Source: Octopus sinensis (taxonomy: Eukaryota). From it: a stretch of 64,000 nucleotides of DNA. The DNA lies in the NCBI RefSeq assembly GCF_006345805.1, contig NC_043009.1, positions 28,644,001-28,708,000 on the forward strand, read 5' to 3'. Below are positions 38,857 to 51,836 of the stretch, one piece after another. The stretch's first letter is position 1. Each line of letters begins with the position of its first letter. The position numbers were made by a program, and so were the translations under genes. The notes below the pieces were generated by a model, which saw nothing but the letters and a program-made list of their open reading frames with translations, was not told the origin of the DNA and ran no database searches.

Positions 38857-39533
38857 TATATGGCAAGAAGAAACTGGAGGGGATCCAGAGGTAGTATGCA
38901 TCAACTGTTAGATATCATATTATGTCTATTTATTTATTTAAAACAGTTCAGATAATATATATACATATGTAAAGACTGTGTATTACATACATAAGTACCA
39001 GTAATTCCTAGAATAGAAAACGAAAAAGAACAAGAAAAAGAAGAACAACAGCAACAACAAGAAGGAATTACTGGTACTTATGTATGTAATACACAGTCGT
39101 TAGCGCCACCCAGACTAGCCTCGTGCCGGTAGCACATAAAAAGCACCATCCATTCGTGGCTGTTGCCAGCCGCGCCTGGCCTCCGTGCTGGTGGCACATA
39201 AAAAAAGCACCATCCGTCCGTGGCCGTTTGCCAGCTCCGTCTGGCACCTGTGTGGGTGGCATGTAAAAAGCACTCACTACACTCACAGAGTGGTTGGCGT
39301 TAGGAAGGGCATCCAGCCATAGAAACACTACCAGATCAGACTGGGCCTGATGCAGCCTTCTGGCTTCACAGACCCCAGTTGAACCGTCCAACCCATGCTA
39401 GCATGGAAAGCGGACGCTAAATGATGATGATGATGATGATGATATATTCTGAGAATTGTTTAAAATAAATAAATAGACATAATATAATGTCTAACAGTTG
39501 ATACATACTACCTCTGGATCCCCTCTGCCATAT
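38857..39533. repeat. Fold-back element (~150-bp arms, 53-bp purine-rich spacer) with a SINE inserted in the right arm
   Basis: Perfect 36-bp inverted repeat 38974-39009/39063-39098, plus an outer inverted repeat of about 90% identity at 38857-38955/39443-39533. Confidence 0.85.
39099..39442 (+). mobile_element. SINE family 4 with (GAT)n tail
   Basis: GGTTGGCGTTAGGAAGGGCATCCAGCC...CCATGCTAGCATGGAAAGCGGACG-(GAT)n. Confidence 0.9.
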
Positions 39534-40106
39534 ATATATATACATATATATATATTTGCAAATACAAATCCATGAATATAAATGTGTGTATATATATATA
39601 TATATATACACACAAACATACGCACATACATGTATATACATATACACTTTAATATACACATACACACACATATATATAGATGAATATACATACATGCATA
39701 GATGTGTGTATGTGTATATACATTTGTATGAATGCCTGCTTCTATATTTTTCATTCGTTAGTGTATGTTCGTTACATAGTCCTACTCCTTAAAATAATCC
39801 AAGTCATTAATAATTTATGCATATCAATAAATACATATGTCTGTCAGTTCGCATCTATATAGGTCTGCACATACGAGTGCAGTAATGAGTGCCGATGAGC
39901 ACAGTTTATACATACCAATCACTCGCTGTTTCTTTCACTCTGTCTAGTTATGCCTCTATCATTTCCTCTCTTTCTCCCCTTCATATATATATGTATATGT
40001 CTCTTTCTATCGCTCTCTTGTTCTGTCTATCTATATATGCATGTGTGCATTCACGTAGCCATCTAACTCTGTATGCACACAGAAACTCCCACACATATAT
40101 ATGTAA

Positions 40107-40143
<37 letters not shown>

Positions 40144-40157
40144 AGTACGTACATGTA

Positions 40158-40215
<58 letters not shown>

Positions 40216-40227
40216 TGTATATGTATA

Positions 40228-40285
<58 letters not shown>

Positions 40286-40363
40286 TATATATTTATGTAT
40301 GTGTAAACACTCATAATAACTCTCACACACACACATATATATATATATATAATCATGTATACG

Positions 40364-40397
<34 letters not shown>

Positions 40398-42004
40398 ATA
40401 AGCATGTATACATACATGCATACATACATACATACATATATATATATGTGCATTAATGGATAGATAGATATAATAAAGTAACGTAGTAAAATGTAAGCTA
40501 TACATGAAACAAACAGCCTCATTGGAAGAGGAATTAAGTTAAAAAGAAAGAAAGCCAAGTTATTAGGAGAGCATTCATCTGTCTTTGAAACAAATAATTA
40601 ACACTAATTAGGGAACTCAACAACGAATCTCTTCACCCAATTTATTAACATATGAGTGTGTGTTTGTGTGCATGTGTGTATGTGTGTATGTGTGTGTGTG
40701 TCTCTGTGTGTGTGTGTGTGAGCGGCCAGTTGATATATGGGGAAAGCAGTTAGATAACGAACTAAAGTAACGAGGAAAACTTTTCAATATGATACAAGAA
40801 CGAACTATGATGAGCAAAAGAAATTAAAAATAGAAAAAAACTTTTCTTTTAGTTTAATGTGTTTTCATTTCAATGAAATTATCTGCCAATTCAGCTCAGT
40901 TGGTGTGATGTTGGTCAGGGAAGAAGAATATGGTGGCGATGCTGCGGGACAGAGAGGAGGAGGAGGAGGAGAAGGAGGAGGATGCAGAGTGATGTTGATG
41001 GATAGTGATGTAGATGGCGCTAGAGCTGTTAAGTTTCTTTTTTGTTTTTAATATTTTCGATTTGTATTTTATTTTCGTTTATGTTTTTGGTAATGTTTTA
41101 AATTTTTCTTTTGTTTTTTTTTTGTTTTTAAGACTTCTTTGCACTGAAGTTGCATCCTCTTTCTCTCCTCCTCCTCTTCTACCCCCTCGTCATCATGGTC
41201 ATCATCCACATCATTGTTGTTGTCGTCTTCATCCTTATCAGCATTGCTATCCTCCTCCTCCTCCTCATCATCATCATCATCATCACCATTCTCATCAGTA
41301 TTTTTATCGGCATCATCATCATCATCACCATCGTCATTGTTGTCGTCGTCATCAATTCCACCATTGTTACAACTGCCTCCATAACCATAAACATGACCAC
41401 CACCTTCATCATCACCATCACCATCATCATCATCATCATCACCATCTTCATCATCATCATCATTATCATCATTTCCTTCTACATTAGGAACATCACCATG
41501 ATGATGATAAACACCAGCATCACCATCCTCTTCCTCCTCCTCATCATCATCAACATGTGTTTTATATTTAGCTAATTATCATCGTCATTTTCCATTAATT
41601 ATCATCAATACTTCTATCCTGGAGGAGATAGAAGAAGACCAATATCTGATAAAACAGCCCTGACTGCAAAATCTGAAAATTCAAAGGCCACATTTTCAGG
41701 GCTCAGAACATCTGTGCCCCAAACCTCAGAGACCGGGTAGACCTAAATTAACTACGCAGGTGACATAGACAAAGGTTTATATAAATTCTGATAATATTTT
41801 TACTGTTTCAAGTATGTCTGATTAATTCATATATTTCTCTTTAATCAGAACACCAGAAAGAACACAGATTATCATCCATGTTGAGTTTGTAACCAGGCAG
41901 AATTACGAACACTCAAAAGTTAAACTGTTTGGCCCAGTGTTTGACTGACTTATATGCAAGTGAATCTGCAGGGGTAGACTCACTTGCATTTGTGTTTTGG
42001 TATA

Positions 42005-42257
42005 CACAGTGTTCAAAAAGTCACTCCACAGTAAATATTTAATGGTAAGTATTTAATGGTTTTTGGGCAATTCTTGTACACTGATCCTACACTTACTCCC
42101 CAGAAAAATAACTCTGGTGGGGCAGTGTTAAATCAGGTGATCTTGGAGGCCAAAGTCCCTTCGAAATAATCCGTTCAAGAAAAAACTCTAGACGGAGTGC
42201 CATGGGGATGTGCAGAATGAAAAAAATTCAGTGCGGAGAGACTTTTTGAACACCCTG
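42005..42257. mobile_element. Tc1/mariner-type MITE
   Basis: TIRs CACAGTGTTCAAAAAGTC / GACTTTTTGAACACCCTG, flanked by TA. Confidence 0.8.
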
Positions 42258-43264
42258 TATACATAAACAATTTTACATGCTTAGCTAGCTTTGCATTCCA
42301 GGTTATCTTTACATTCCTGGTCCTTTCTGGGCCAGAAAGGAAAATGACATGGTTTATTGTTGGGCTCTGTATTGTGAAAACTGTAGATGGGAATTTAAAT
42401 TCATAGCACTTACACATCGCAAATATCATTCCCATTCTCCTACATGAAGAAGCTTTGTCAACCTTAACTGAAGCTGGAATGTGATTTCATATAGAAACTA
42501 TATTGCTGTTTCCACCAGATTTAGTATCTAAATCCCTCATTGGTTCAGAATAGGTGGAGAAAAATATGTGGCATGCACACTGCTGCACTCATACTGCGCT
42601 TACACTTCACTCATACTTCCCTTAAACTGCTCTCACATTGCACTCATATTCACTCCTACACTCAAACATTTATAAAGAAATTTGAATTGAAGAAGTTAAA
42701 TAAAAATGAAATGAATTTTAATGACAAACTAGTCTGTCTTTGTAGCATCATCATCATCATCATCATTGCCACCACCTTCCACCACCACCACCACCACCGT
42801 CACCATCACCATCATTAATAATTCTGTTGTCATTCTTCTTGATACTGCTATTGTGGTTGTTATAACAATGAAGATTTTGTTTAATTAATTGATTGCTTTT
42901 TAATTGACTGATTAGATTTTCAAAATGGATTGCTTTTGGCCAAATATTGGATAATTACTACAAGTCTGTTAATCTCATTTGTTCAATCAAACCACAGTTT
43001 TGATCAGTGAAGCCGACCAAATTATAGGTTACCAGATCCCACATATTTGTTAACTGCATCCTTTCTTGTAATAATTAGTGGTTTTAGTTTGGTTAAGCTG
43101 GTCATTGTATATCTAGGTCACTTAGTCATCTGGTCAGTGGTTTGTTGTGGCAACTGAACAAATCGATTGATTATTAACTGATCACTGAATTTTTCAATTA
43201 TTTCGGTTAATTTAACTCACTGTATCTATTTCTCCATCGTCTGTGTAGTTGTGCTTGTGTAATG

Positions 43265-44395
43265 GAACTAAACACGTGTGAAATGGAAAGATTATTGACT
43301 CTGCTATGACGTGGCTAAACATGTGTGAAGTAATAACATTCACTGCTACACTATAACAACATTAAACACATGTGGCATAGCAATATTCTCTTCCACAATA
43401 TAACTGAGCTAAACATGTAAAGGGGCATTATCAGGGCTGGATTAAGACCCATAGAGGCCCTAAGTGCTTAAAAAATTTTGGTGCCCTCATATGTATGTAA
43501 TTCAAAATGTAAACAATGATAAACCATAAATAAACTTCTATTTTTCAAAATGAAACAAAGTAAAATGGAAAATAATATTTATTTTTGTAAACTTTCACTT
43601 TATTTATGTTTGAAAAAATTTCTCCTACATTTTTTTTCTTTTAATTTCAAAGTCTTTGATCAGATGCTCACAGTCACACCATAAATACTTTGGAATTATA
43701 TTTCCAATCATATAAACCATTTGAAATATTTTAGCAAGTTTAAAGTGATTTCTTTTGTGCTGAAAACCATTTACCATTTCTTTGTGCTCTTCTGAAGATG
43801 GGCCTTTGCATCTGAAATATAAAGGTTTTACAACTTTCATCTCTGTATTGTTAAAATCTTCCTTCATTTCATTTATTATTCCACTTCTTGTACTACAATG
43901 CTTCAAGTAAACTACAAGAGCTAAACATGTTTAAAGTATGAAGATACTCTGTATAAAAGAAGTTGCTAAAATATTTTGTGCATTGTAAAAGTATAAAGAA
44001 TTTACTGCATGTAGATTTTGATGACAAAATCTTATATGGATCCCACCACCCAAGGGCCACATAAACTCTGTTTGAGAACCACTGAGCTAACCTAAACACA
44101 GCTAAACATGTGAATTAAGAACACTTATCAATGAAGCTTTAACAAAGCTAAACACATGTGAAATAGAAACACTATTATCTAGTCAATAACACCTGAACAT
44201 GTATGAATTAAGAAGATTTATCAATGAAGTTTTAACAGAGCTAAACACATGTGAAATAGAAACACTATTAGCCAGTCAATAACAGCTAAACATGAGTGAA
44301 TTAAGAACACCTATCAATGAAGCTTTAACAAAGCTAAACACATGTGAAATAGAAACACTATTAGCCAGTCAATAACTGCTAAATATGTATGAAGT
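43265..44395 (+). repeat. ~46-bp minisatellite (92-bp dimer units at 44090-44395) interrupted by a transposon-derived block
   Basis: Recurrent GCTAAACA(C)ATGTGAA motif; TATCAATGAAG recurs at 92-93 bp spacing. Confidence 0.75.
43433..43906 (-). mobile_element. Probable hAT transposon 3' remnant
   Basis: ORF end CEHLIKDFEIKRKK resembles the hAT dimerisation-domain tail (D.LI.DFA.KK.RK), about 190 bp from a CAGGGCTGGATT hAT-like terminus. Confidence 0.4.
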
Positions 44396-44987
44396 ATAAA
44401 TACTCACAGTTAGACAAAAACAGAGATAAACACTAACAGTGAATATGATGTCTTAGATACTGGTTTTTCTTTTTATGTGTTGTTTGTTAGTTTCATTTTT
44501 CAGTCTTAATTTAGAAGTTTTGGGGTAGGGGTCATGATAAAATGAGGAACACACCCAAGACTCTGGGGACTTGTGTTGGATTTAGTTTCTTTTCCTTATG
44601 TACGAAAGCAAGGAGGACACCAGCACAACTGATCGGCTTTCTCTTCCATCATTTTAGACAAGGTTAGTGAGGGAGACAACAGATGGGTGGGGTGGTGGGT
44701 AGAAGGATGGCGAGGAGGGGGTAGTTGAGACAGAGAGAGAGAATGGAATTGAGTCATAGAGAGAATGGAACAAAGTGAACTGGGTGTGAGGTAGATATAG
44801 TGATATATTTTGAGGGAGGAAAGGGAGAGAGATGAGTGAAGGAAGAAGGAAAGGAAAATAGTAGAGAGAGAGTGAGAGAGAGAGAGAAAGAGAGAGCTGC
44901 ATGGTGTTATGATATAAAAATAATATGTGTGTGTATATATGCGTTTGTGTGTGTGTGTGTGTACATTGTGTGCGTGTATATATATAT

Positions 44988-45034
<47 letters not shown>

Positions 45035-45148
45035 GTGTGTGTGTGTGTGTGTGTGTGTGCATAGAAACGTTGTTTACACACATATAAATGTACATACTTA
45101 TACATGTACATACATATATAAATGGTAGATAAATAAATAGATAAAAGC

Positions 45149-45180
<32 letters not shown>

Positions 45181-45220
45181 AACATTTATATATATAAATG
45201 AATGTAAATATGCATATATA

Positions 45221-45262
<42 letters not shown>

Positions 45263-46040
45263 TATATACATACATATGTTAGTGTGTATATATGTGTAGT
45301 AGGTTATTCGTAGAAAAGACAAAAGAGAGACATAAGAGAGATGCGGACAAACAAGAATATAAAATGCAATTAATAGGCATTAAAATTCAGTCATAAAAAG
45401 AAAAGAATACATGAAAAGGCAATAACATGAAAGTCATCCCCCCACCCCCACAGCCAGAAAGAAAGATAAGAATCCATTAAACAAAATGAAACAAATATAT
45501 ATTTCAATTCGTAGAAGACAATGAAATACATACTCAGAGTATCCACAAAAGTTAATTCTATATAACAATAATAACATGTATGACTAACTGAGCTGGCATA
45601 ATTTCTTATAAGAATGATCATCAGAAATGTATTCTTTGTACAGAGAAAGAGTTATCCTTCCACTTGTATATTATTAATTGGTTGTCAGTAAATATATATA
45701 TATATATTGATATAAATACCAAACATTGACTAAAGAGACAGATAGTCTGCTTAGCTTTCATTCCAAAATGATTTTATTAAATTATTCTTAAGTCACATCT
45801 CTTTAAAGATTGCTGGATGTAGAATTAAAAGGACAATTCAAAGGAGAGGAAGACTGAGATGAATAAATACAATGATTCACTGATTAATACATGCATAAAT
45901 ACATATACATACATTTATGTATGTGTGTGTGTATGTGTGTGTATATATGGATTTGTCTATGTATATATATTTGATGAAATGATGATGCTACACAAACACA
46001 CATATACATGCACATATATATATATATATTATATATATAT

Positions 46041-46093
<53 letters not shown>

Positions 46094-46232
46094 CTTATAT
46101 ATATACATTATATATATATACATTATATATATAACATATACATAATATATATACATAATATATATATATACACACATACATATATATATATATATCATCA
46201 TCATCATCATCATCGTTTATATATACATATAT

Positions 46233-46281
<49 letters not shown>

Positions 46282-46769
46282 TATATATATACATATACAT
46301 AATATATATATACATAATATATATATATACACACATACATATATATATCATCATCATCATCGTTCGTTATATATATACATATATATATATTATATATATA
46401 TATATATATACATATGTGTATATGTGTGTCTATATATGCATATATATATACATATACATCAATATTGCTGACGCCATAAGAATTACATAAACTCTGAAGA
46501 GAATGTGAAATAATTCTTTTTTTGAAAATTGGACCTTGAAGCAGATAACATAAATCTATAAATAATAGTAGGGAAATATGGGATTGGAAGAGCTTTTTGG
46601 ATATATGCATGCATGCTTACACGCATGTATAAAGGAATACAAACCCAGACACACATACATACATAATACTTACATATATATATATGCATATATATATGCA
46701 TATATATATATATAATATATATATACACACATATACATATGCATATATATACATATACATATATATGTA

Positions 46770-46820
<51 letters not shown>

Positions 46821-46844
46821 CTATATATATATATGATATCATCA

Positions 46845-47613
46845 TCATCATCATCATCGTTTAGCATCCGCTTTCCATGCTAGCATGGGTTGGACGGGTC
46901 AACTGGGGTCTGTGAAGCTGGAAGGCTTCGTCAGGCCCAGTCAGATCTGGCAGTGTTTCTACGGCTGGATGCCCTTCCTAACGCCAACCACTCCGCGAGT
47001 GTAGTGGTGTTTTTTATGTGCCACCTGCACATGTGCCAGACAGAGCTGGCGAACGGCCACGAACGGATGGTGCTTTTACGTGTCACCTCATGGGGCCAGC
47101 GATGCTGGCAACGGACAACAACGATGGTGCTTTTACGTGCCACGGACACGGGGCCAAACAGAGCTGGCAACCGCCACGAACGGATGGTGCTTTTACGTGT
47201 CACCAGCACGGGGGCCAGCTGAGGCTGGCAACGGACGTGAACGGATGGTGCTTTTACGTGCCACCGACATGGTTGCCAGACAGAGCTGGCAAATGGCCAC
47301 GAGCGGACGGTGCTTTTATGTGTCACCGGCACGGGGGCCAGCCGAGGCTGGCAACGGACGCAAACGGATGGTGCTGTTACGTGCCACCGACATGGTTGCC
47401 AGACAGAGCTGGCAAACGGCCACGAGCGGACGGTGCTTTTATGTGTCACCGGCACGGGGGCCAGCCGAGGCTGGCAACGGGCACGAACGGATGGTGCTGT
47501 TACGTGCCACGGACACGGGGCCAGACAGAGCTGGCAAACGGCCACGAACGGATGGTGCTTTTACGTGCCACCGACACGAGGCCAGACAGAGCTGGCAAAC
47601 GACCACGAACGGA
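46845..47613 (-). mobile_element. SINE family 4 with an expanded internal ~60-bp VNTR (47020-47613)
   Basis: (CAT)n-CGTTTAGCATCCGC...GGATGCCCTTCCTAACGCCAACC, followed by about 10 GC-rich units. Confidence 0.9.
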
Positions 47614-48171
47614 CATATATCTATATAAGCATATATATATAGATATACATATATATATATGTGTGTATATATACATATATATATAGTGTATATGTATATA
47701 TAATATATATATATATATTGGTACAGGCAAATATAGGTGATTAAGAATGTTTCTTGACTGTATCCTTGTTTTATGGTATCATGTGTGGGCATGTGCCACA
47801 GTATAATACATGTACACACACTGATACACACACGTGTGAACACATACAGACTCATGCAAAGACATCTCCTACCACCTGCACACATGTATGTATGTAGGTA
47901 TAAGAGTTTATCTCTATAGATTTGTTTATAGAATTCAGAGCCAGCACACAAAGCTATGCTCATATAAACAATGTGATTGAAGGTAAAAAAAAGATAATAG
48001 GTGTATGGGTGTATATACATATTTCAACAGTTCTTGCCCTTTCATCAGCACCATATCTAGCCCATCAACCATGAATGCATTGCTTAAATGCCCTCTAAGT
48101 AATATAGATACATACACACACACATACACACTCACACACACACATGCCCATGCACATACATATATATACAT

Positions 48172-48231
<60 letters not shown>

Positions 48232-48411
48232 ACACACATATATAAACATATATATATATATTTATAAAAGCAATTAAGATTCAAGTAAATTCCAGTGAAT
48301 TTACTTGAATGTGGTACTTAACTTAGATGCACCAGAAAACCTATATGGTGTTAACCATACAGTAATGTGGGGTGATTATAAACGAGAAAGAAGCAACAAG
48401 AATGGATTAGT

Positions 48412-48502
48412 TTTTAGTACAATTGTTTCATACAAAGACAGGCTTTATTACAAGTTGCAAAAATTGCAGCAGATAAAAGTGTCCTGTACTCATCAGCTAA
48501 AA
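48412..48502 (-). ncRNA. Minimal type I hammerhead ribozyme motif
   Basis: Reverse complement of 48668-48757. Confidence 0.8.
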
Positions 48503-48667
48503 TACATATGAGTTCTCCAAACATCTTAGTGGGTGAGGTTATACTCATGAAATATTGGAAATAATTTCATTAAAGGCAGATATAGGTTGCAAACAGATTT
48601 CCAAAGTTCCTTAATGATGATGCACAGTCTTATCACAGAAAGAACTCATATGGAGAACTCATATGTA

Positions 48668-48757
48668 TTTTAGCTGATGAGTACAGGACACTTTTATCTG
48701 CTGCAATTTTGCAACTTGTAATAAAGCCTGTCTTTGTATGAAACAATTGTACTAAAA
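48668..48757 (+). ncRNA. Minimal type I hammerhead ribozyme motif
   Basis: TTTTAG | CTGATGA | GTACAGGACA...TGTCTTTGTAT | GAA | ACAATTGT palindrome | A | CTAAAA. Predicted cleavage after GUA at 48751. Confidence 0.82.
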
Positions 48758-48785
48758 ACTAATCCATTCTTGTTGCTTCTTTCTC

Positions 48786-48830
<45 letters not shown>

Positions 48831-49244
48831 TACACACACACATGCATATACACACACAACAAATTTCCCTCAGTCTCTGCCCACCTAAACCACTCAAGAG
48901 GCTGTGGTCTTTCAACAGGATTGAACCCAGAACAGTGTGGTCGAGATGCAAGAGGATACACTCTGATATTTGTTCTAGTGCTTGGTGCTGTAAGCTGAAA
49001 CCCATCTGAGGTTTACTTCTTTCGTTTTGGTGAGTGGTGGGGATGCGAGTTTGGCGATTATAATGAACCTCAGTCAAGAATGCTGGATTAGCTGCCACGT
49101 GGTATTTGCTGTTGGTGTTGGTTGTGCTTTGAGTTCCAATTCCAGCAAGGTCAAATTTAACTTTTATTTTCTGGAAACAGAGGAATGAAATAAAAGGAAC
49201 CAATCTAGAACAATTGGTTGGCCAAGTTGTAAGATCGACGCCAT

Positions 49245-50345
49245 TACACCACCATCACCATCATCATCATTGTCATCCTCATCATCGTTTTCATCATCAT
49301 CATAGCCATCATCGTTGTCTTCATTCTCGTCATCCTCCTCATCAGTAGCACTGTCATTATCATCATCACCACCCTCAGCACCATGACAAGGATCTTTATC
49401 ATCATCATCACCATCGCCATCATCATGATCTTCATGATCTTCATCATCATCACCACCACCACCACCACCACCACCACCACCACCACCACCACCACCACCA
49501 CCACCACCACCATCACCACCACCACCACCACCACCACCACCACCACCACCACCACCACCACCACCACCACTACCATCACCATAATCATGATCCTCATCAT
49601 TTTCATTATCAACACTATAACCATTATCATGATGATCATCATCATCATTATCATCATCATCACCATTAAATAGACAGCTATATACACCATAGTTATTTCC
49701 TCCTCCTCGTCATCATCACCAATGCCATTGTTACAATTACCGACATCAACATCAACATCAATACCATCGTCACCATCATCGTCACAATGACAACCAATAT
49801 AACTCAGTCAACCGGTGCAGTGTCATCAAACACAATGAAACTCCGTGTCATGCCAAAAAGCCTCTCCTCTCTACCTTGTACACCACACCGCACTAAATGC
49901 AGCAACTGCAGCAGCTGTGTTGTTGCTGGCGGTGGCGGCAGGGGCGGTGGTGGTGGCAGTGGTGGTGGCGGTGGTGGCGATGAATGGTGGTGGGGGTGGA
50001 GGTGGTGGTGTTGATGGTAATGGTGGTGGTAGTGTTAGGAATGTCTGGTGATGGTGGTGGTGGTGGTGGTGGTGCTGATAGTAATGATGGAGGTGATGGT
50101 GAAGGTGGGGGGGGTGATGGTGGAGGAGATGGTGGAGGTGGAGGTGATGGTGGAGGTGGAGGTGATGGGGATGGTGGTGGTGGCAGTGACGGTATTGGTG
50201 TTGCTGGTAGTTGTCACGGCATTGTTGCCGGTGATGTTGGTGTTGTCAGTGATGGTGTGTCGGTGGTGGTGTTTGTGGTGGTTGTAGTTTTATTAATAGT
50301 AGTAGTTATTAGTACTAAGGGTGGTAGTGGTGGTGGTGATGCTGA
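49245..50345. repeat. (CAT)/(CAC)n then (GGT)n microsatellite field
   Basis: Includes about 40 nearly pure CAC units at about 49452-49570. Confidence 0.95.
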
Positions 50346-51012
50346 ACGTGTTTTTTTTTTAAAGTTTCTACTCAATTTGTAGCTGTTTTAGTTTCATTTA
50401 TTTTTCCTTTCGCTTTCATCTCAAATTGTCATCGATTACTTTTCAAGTTCAATGTTAAATGAGCTATTATTAACACGCAAGCATTGTGTGGGTAGGAGTC
50501 ATGTCGACAGAGATCTGTGAGGGGTGGCATCAAAGTAATTCACATTCACAACCAGCGTTTATCAAAGAAGAACAGGATAATGATGATGCCACTACATGTC
50601 ACTTGATGTGCTGGAAATCACAGCCAAATCTTTGGAAATCGCAGCCTATTGTCTTAAAATGAGAGCAAGTTTGGATAATGTGGTCTTAGGGTCTGTGTAG
50701 ATAGCAAAAACATAAAAATAATGGGTTTGGTTATAGCTGCAATGAATTGGAATCAAAGTCTACTTTGTCAGAGTTGGCTTGGGGTTAAATGATAAGAACT
50801 TAAAAAAAAGACAAATGTAAACAAACTTGAATAAAATTACTAGATGTAGTTGAATAAGGATGCATGTATGTATGTGTGGAAGTATGAAGATATGTAAATG
50901 TGTGTATACATGTATGTCTGCATGTGTAGTGTGTGTGAACACACATATATCTATATATATATATGTATGTATGTATGTATGTAGTATGTATGTATGTATG
51001 TATGTATGTATA

Positions 51013-51340
51013 CACACGGGAAGGTGCAATGGCCCAGTGGTTAGGGCAGCAGACTCACGGTTGTAGGATCGTGGTATCGATTCCTAGACTGGGTGTACTG
51101 TGTGTTGTGAGTGTTTATTGAGCAAAAACACCAAAAGCTCCACGAGTCTCTGGCAGGGGGTTTTTGGCGATCCCTGCTGTACTCTTTTGCCACAACTTTC
51201 TCTCAATCTTTCTTCTGTTGGCCTGCTCGCTTAGCCAGTGTTGTGGTGTCATTTGACTGCTAAAACAATGCAAAGCGCATTGTGACCATCGATGTGTAGC
51301 AACATCTGATAGCCTGGTCGGTCACAGTGATCACGGTGAT
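51013..51340 (+). mobile_element. tRNA-derived SINE, further family
   Basis: TGGCCCAGTGGTTAGGGCAGCAGACTC...GGTATCGATTCC head followed by a non-tRNA body. Confidence 0.65.
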
Positions 51341-51369
51341 GTATACACACACACACATATACATACATA

Positions 51370-51576
51370 TGAGGGGATGCAGAAAAGTTCTAGGTTTCAA
51401 GTAAAAGAAAATACAGGAGGATCAGTTAATTATGATTTTATTGAACATAATCACCTCTCAGATTCATGCACTTATTACAGCAATTTTTCTAAGCCCGGTA
51501 AAAAACTCTGAAGGTTGGGCCTCCAACCAGGTCTTTTGTGATGCCCTGAAATTCAGGAAATTTTCAGCACCCCCTC
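51370..51576. mobile_element. Mariner-type MITE
   Basis: TA-TGAGGGGATGCAGAAAAGTT ... AATTTTCAGCACCCCTCA-TA imperfect TIRs. Confidence 0.75.
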
Positions 51577-51599
51577 ATATATATATACATATATATATA

Positions 51600-51792
51600 T
51601 AGGGAGAGTTTACAAAAAAAACAAAAGACGAAGACAGGTGGTGTACAAAACAAGCAGTTGTATTAGTATAATGCTCAGGAATAGAAAAAGTCTTTTACAT
51701 TTCGAGCCTACACTCTTCTACAGAAAGGGACACAGAAAAAAAACAAGGAGAGAAAAAAAATGTGTGTAGTGGCTAACGATCTATCATGGCGA

Positions 51793-51795
<3 letters not shown>
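51600..51795 (-). mobile_element. Short solo PLE pseudo-LTR-like unit with a hammerhead-like core variant
   Basis: Minus strand 51727-51692 reads CTTT CTGTAGA A GAGT GTAG GCTC GAA ATGT A AAAG. (TA)n on both sides. Confidence 0.55.

Positions 51796-51836
<41 letters not shown>

Larger units (their letters stand above)
48262..48787. mobile_element. Second fold-back PLE-like pseudo-LTR element in (TA)n
   Basis: Arms 48382-48519 and 48651-48787 are near-perfect reverse complements, each with a hammerhead. (TA)n on both sides. Confidence 0.8.

Noticed and set aside
43265-43420. Repeat-spacer pattern resembling a CRISPR array
   Set aside because: Eukaryotic context, degenerate repeats, spacers related to the neighbouring minisatellite and no cas genes.
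43774-43810. Minus-strand 37-nt exon candidate (TTTCAG..GTAAAT)
   Set aside because: It lies inside the probable hAT remnant and cannot be linked to other exons.
47018-47686. 222-, 204- and 182-aa overlapping ORFs
   Set aside because: By-products of the GC-rich ~60-bp VNTR inside a SINE.
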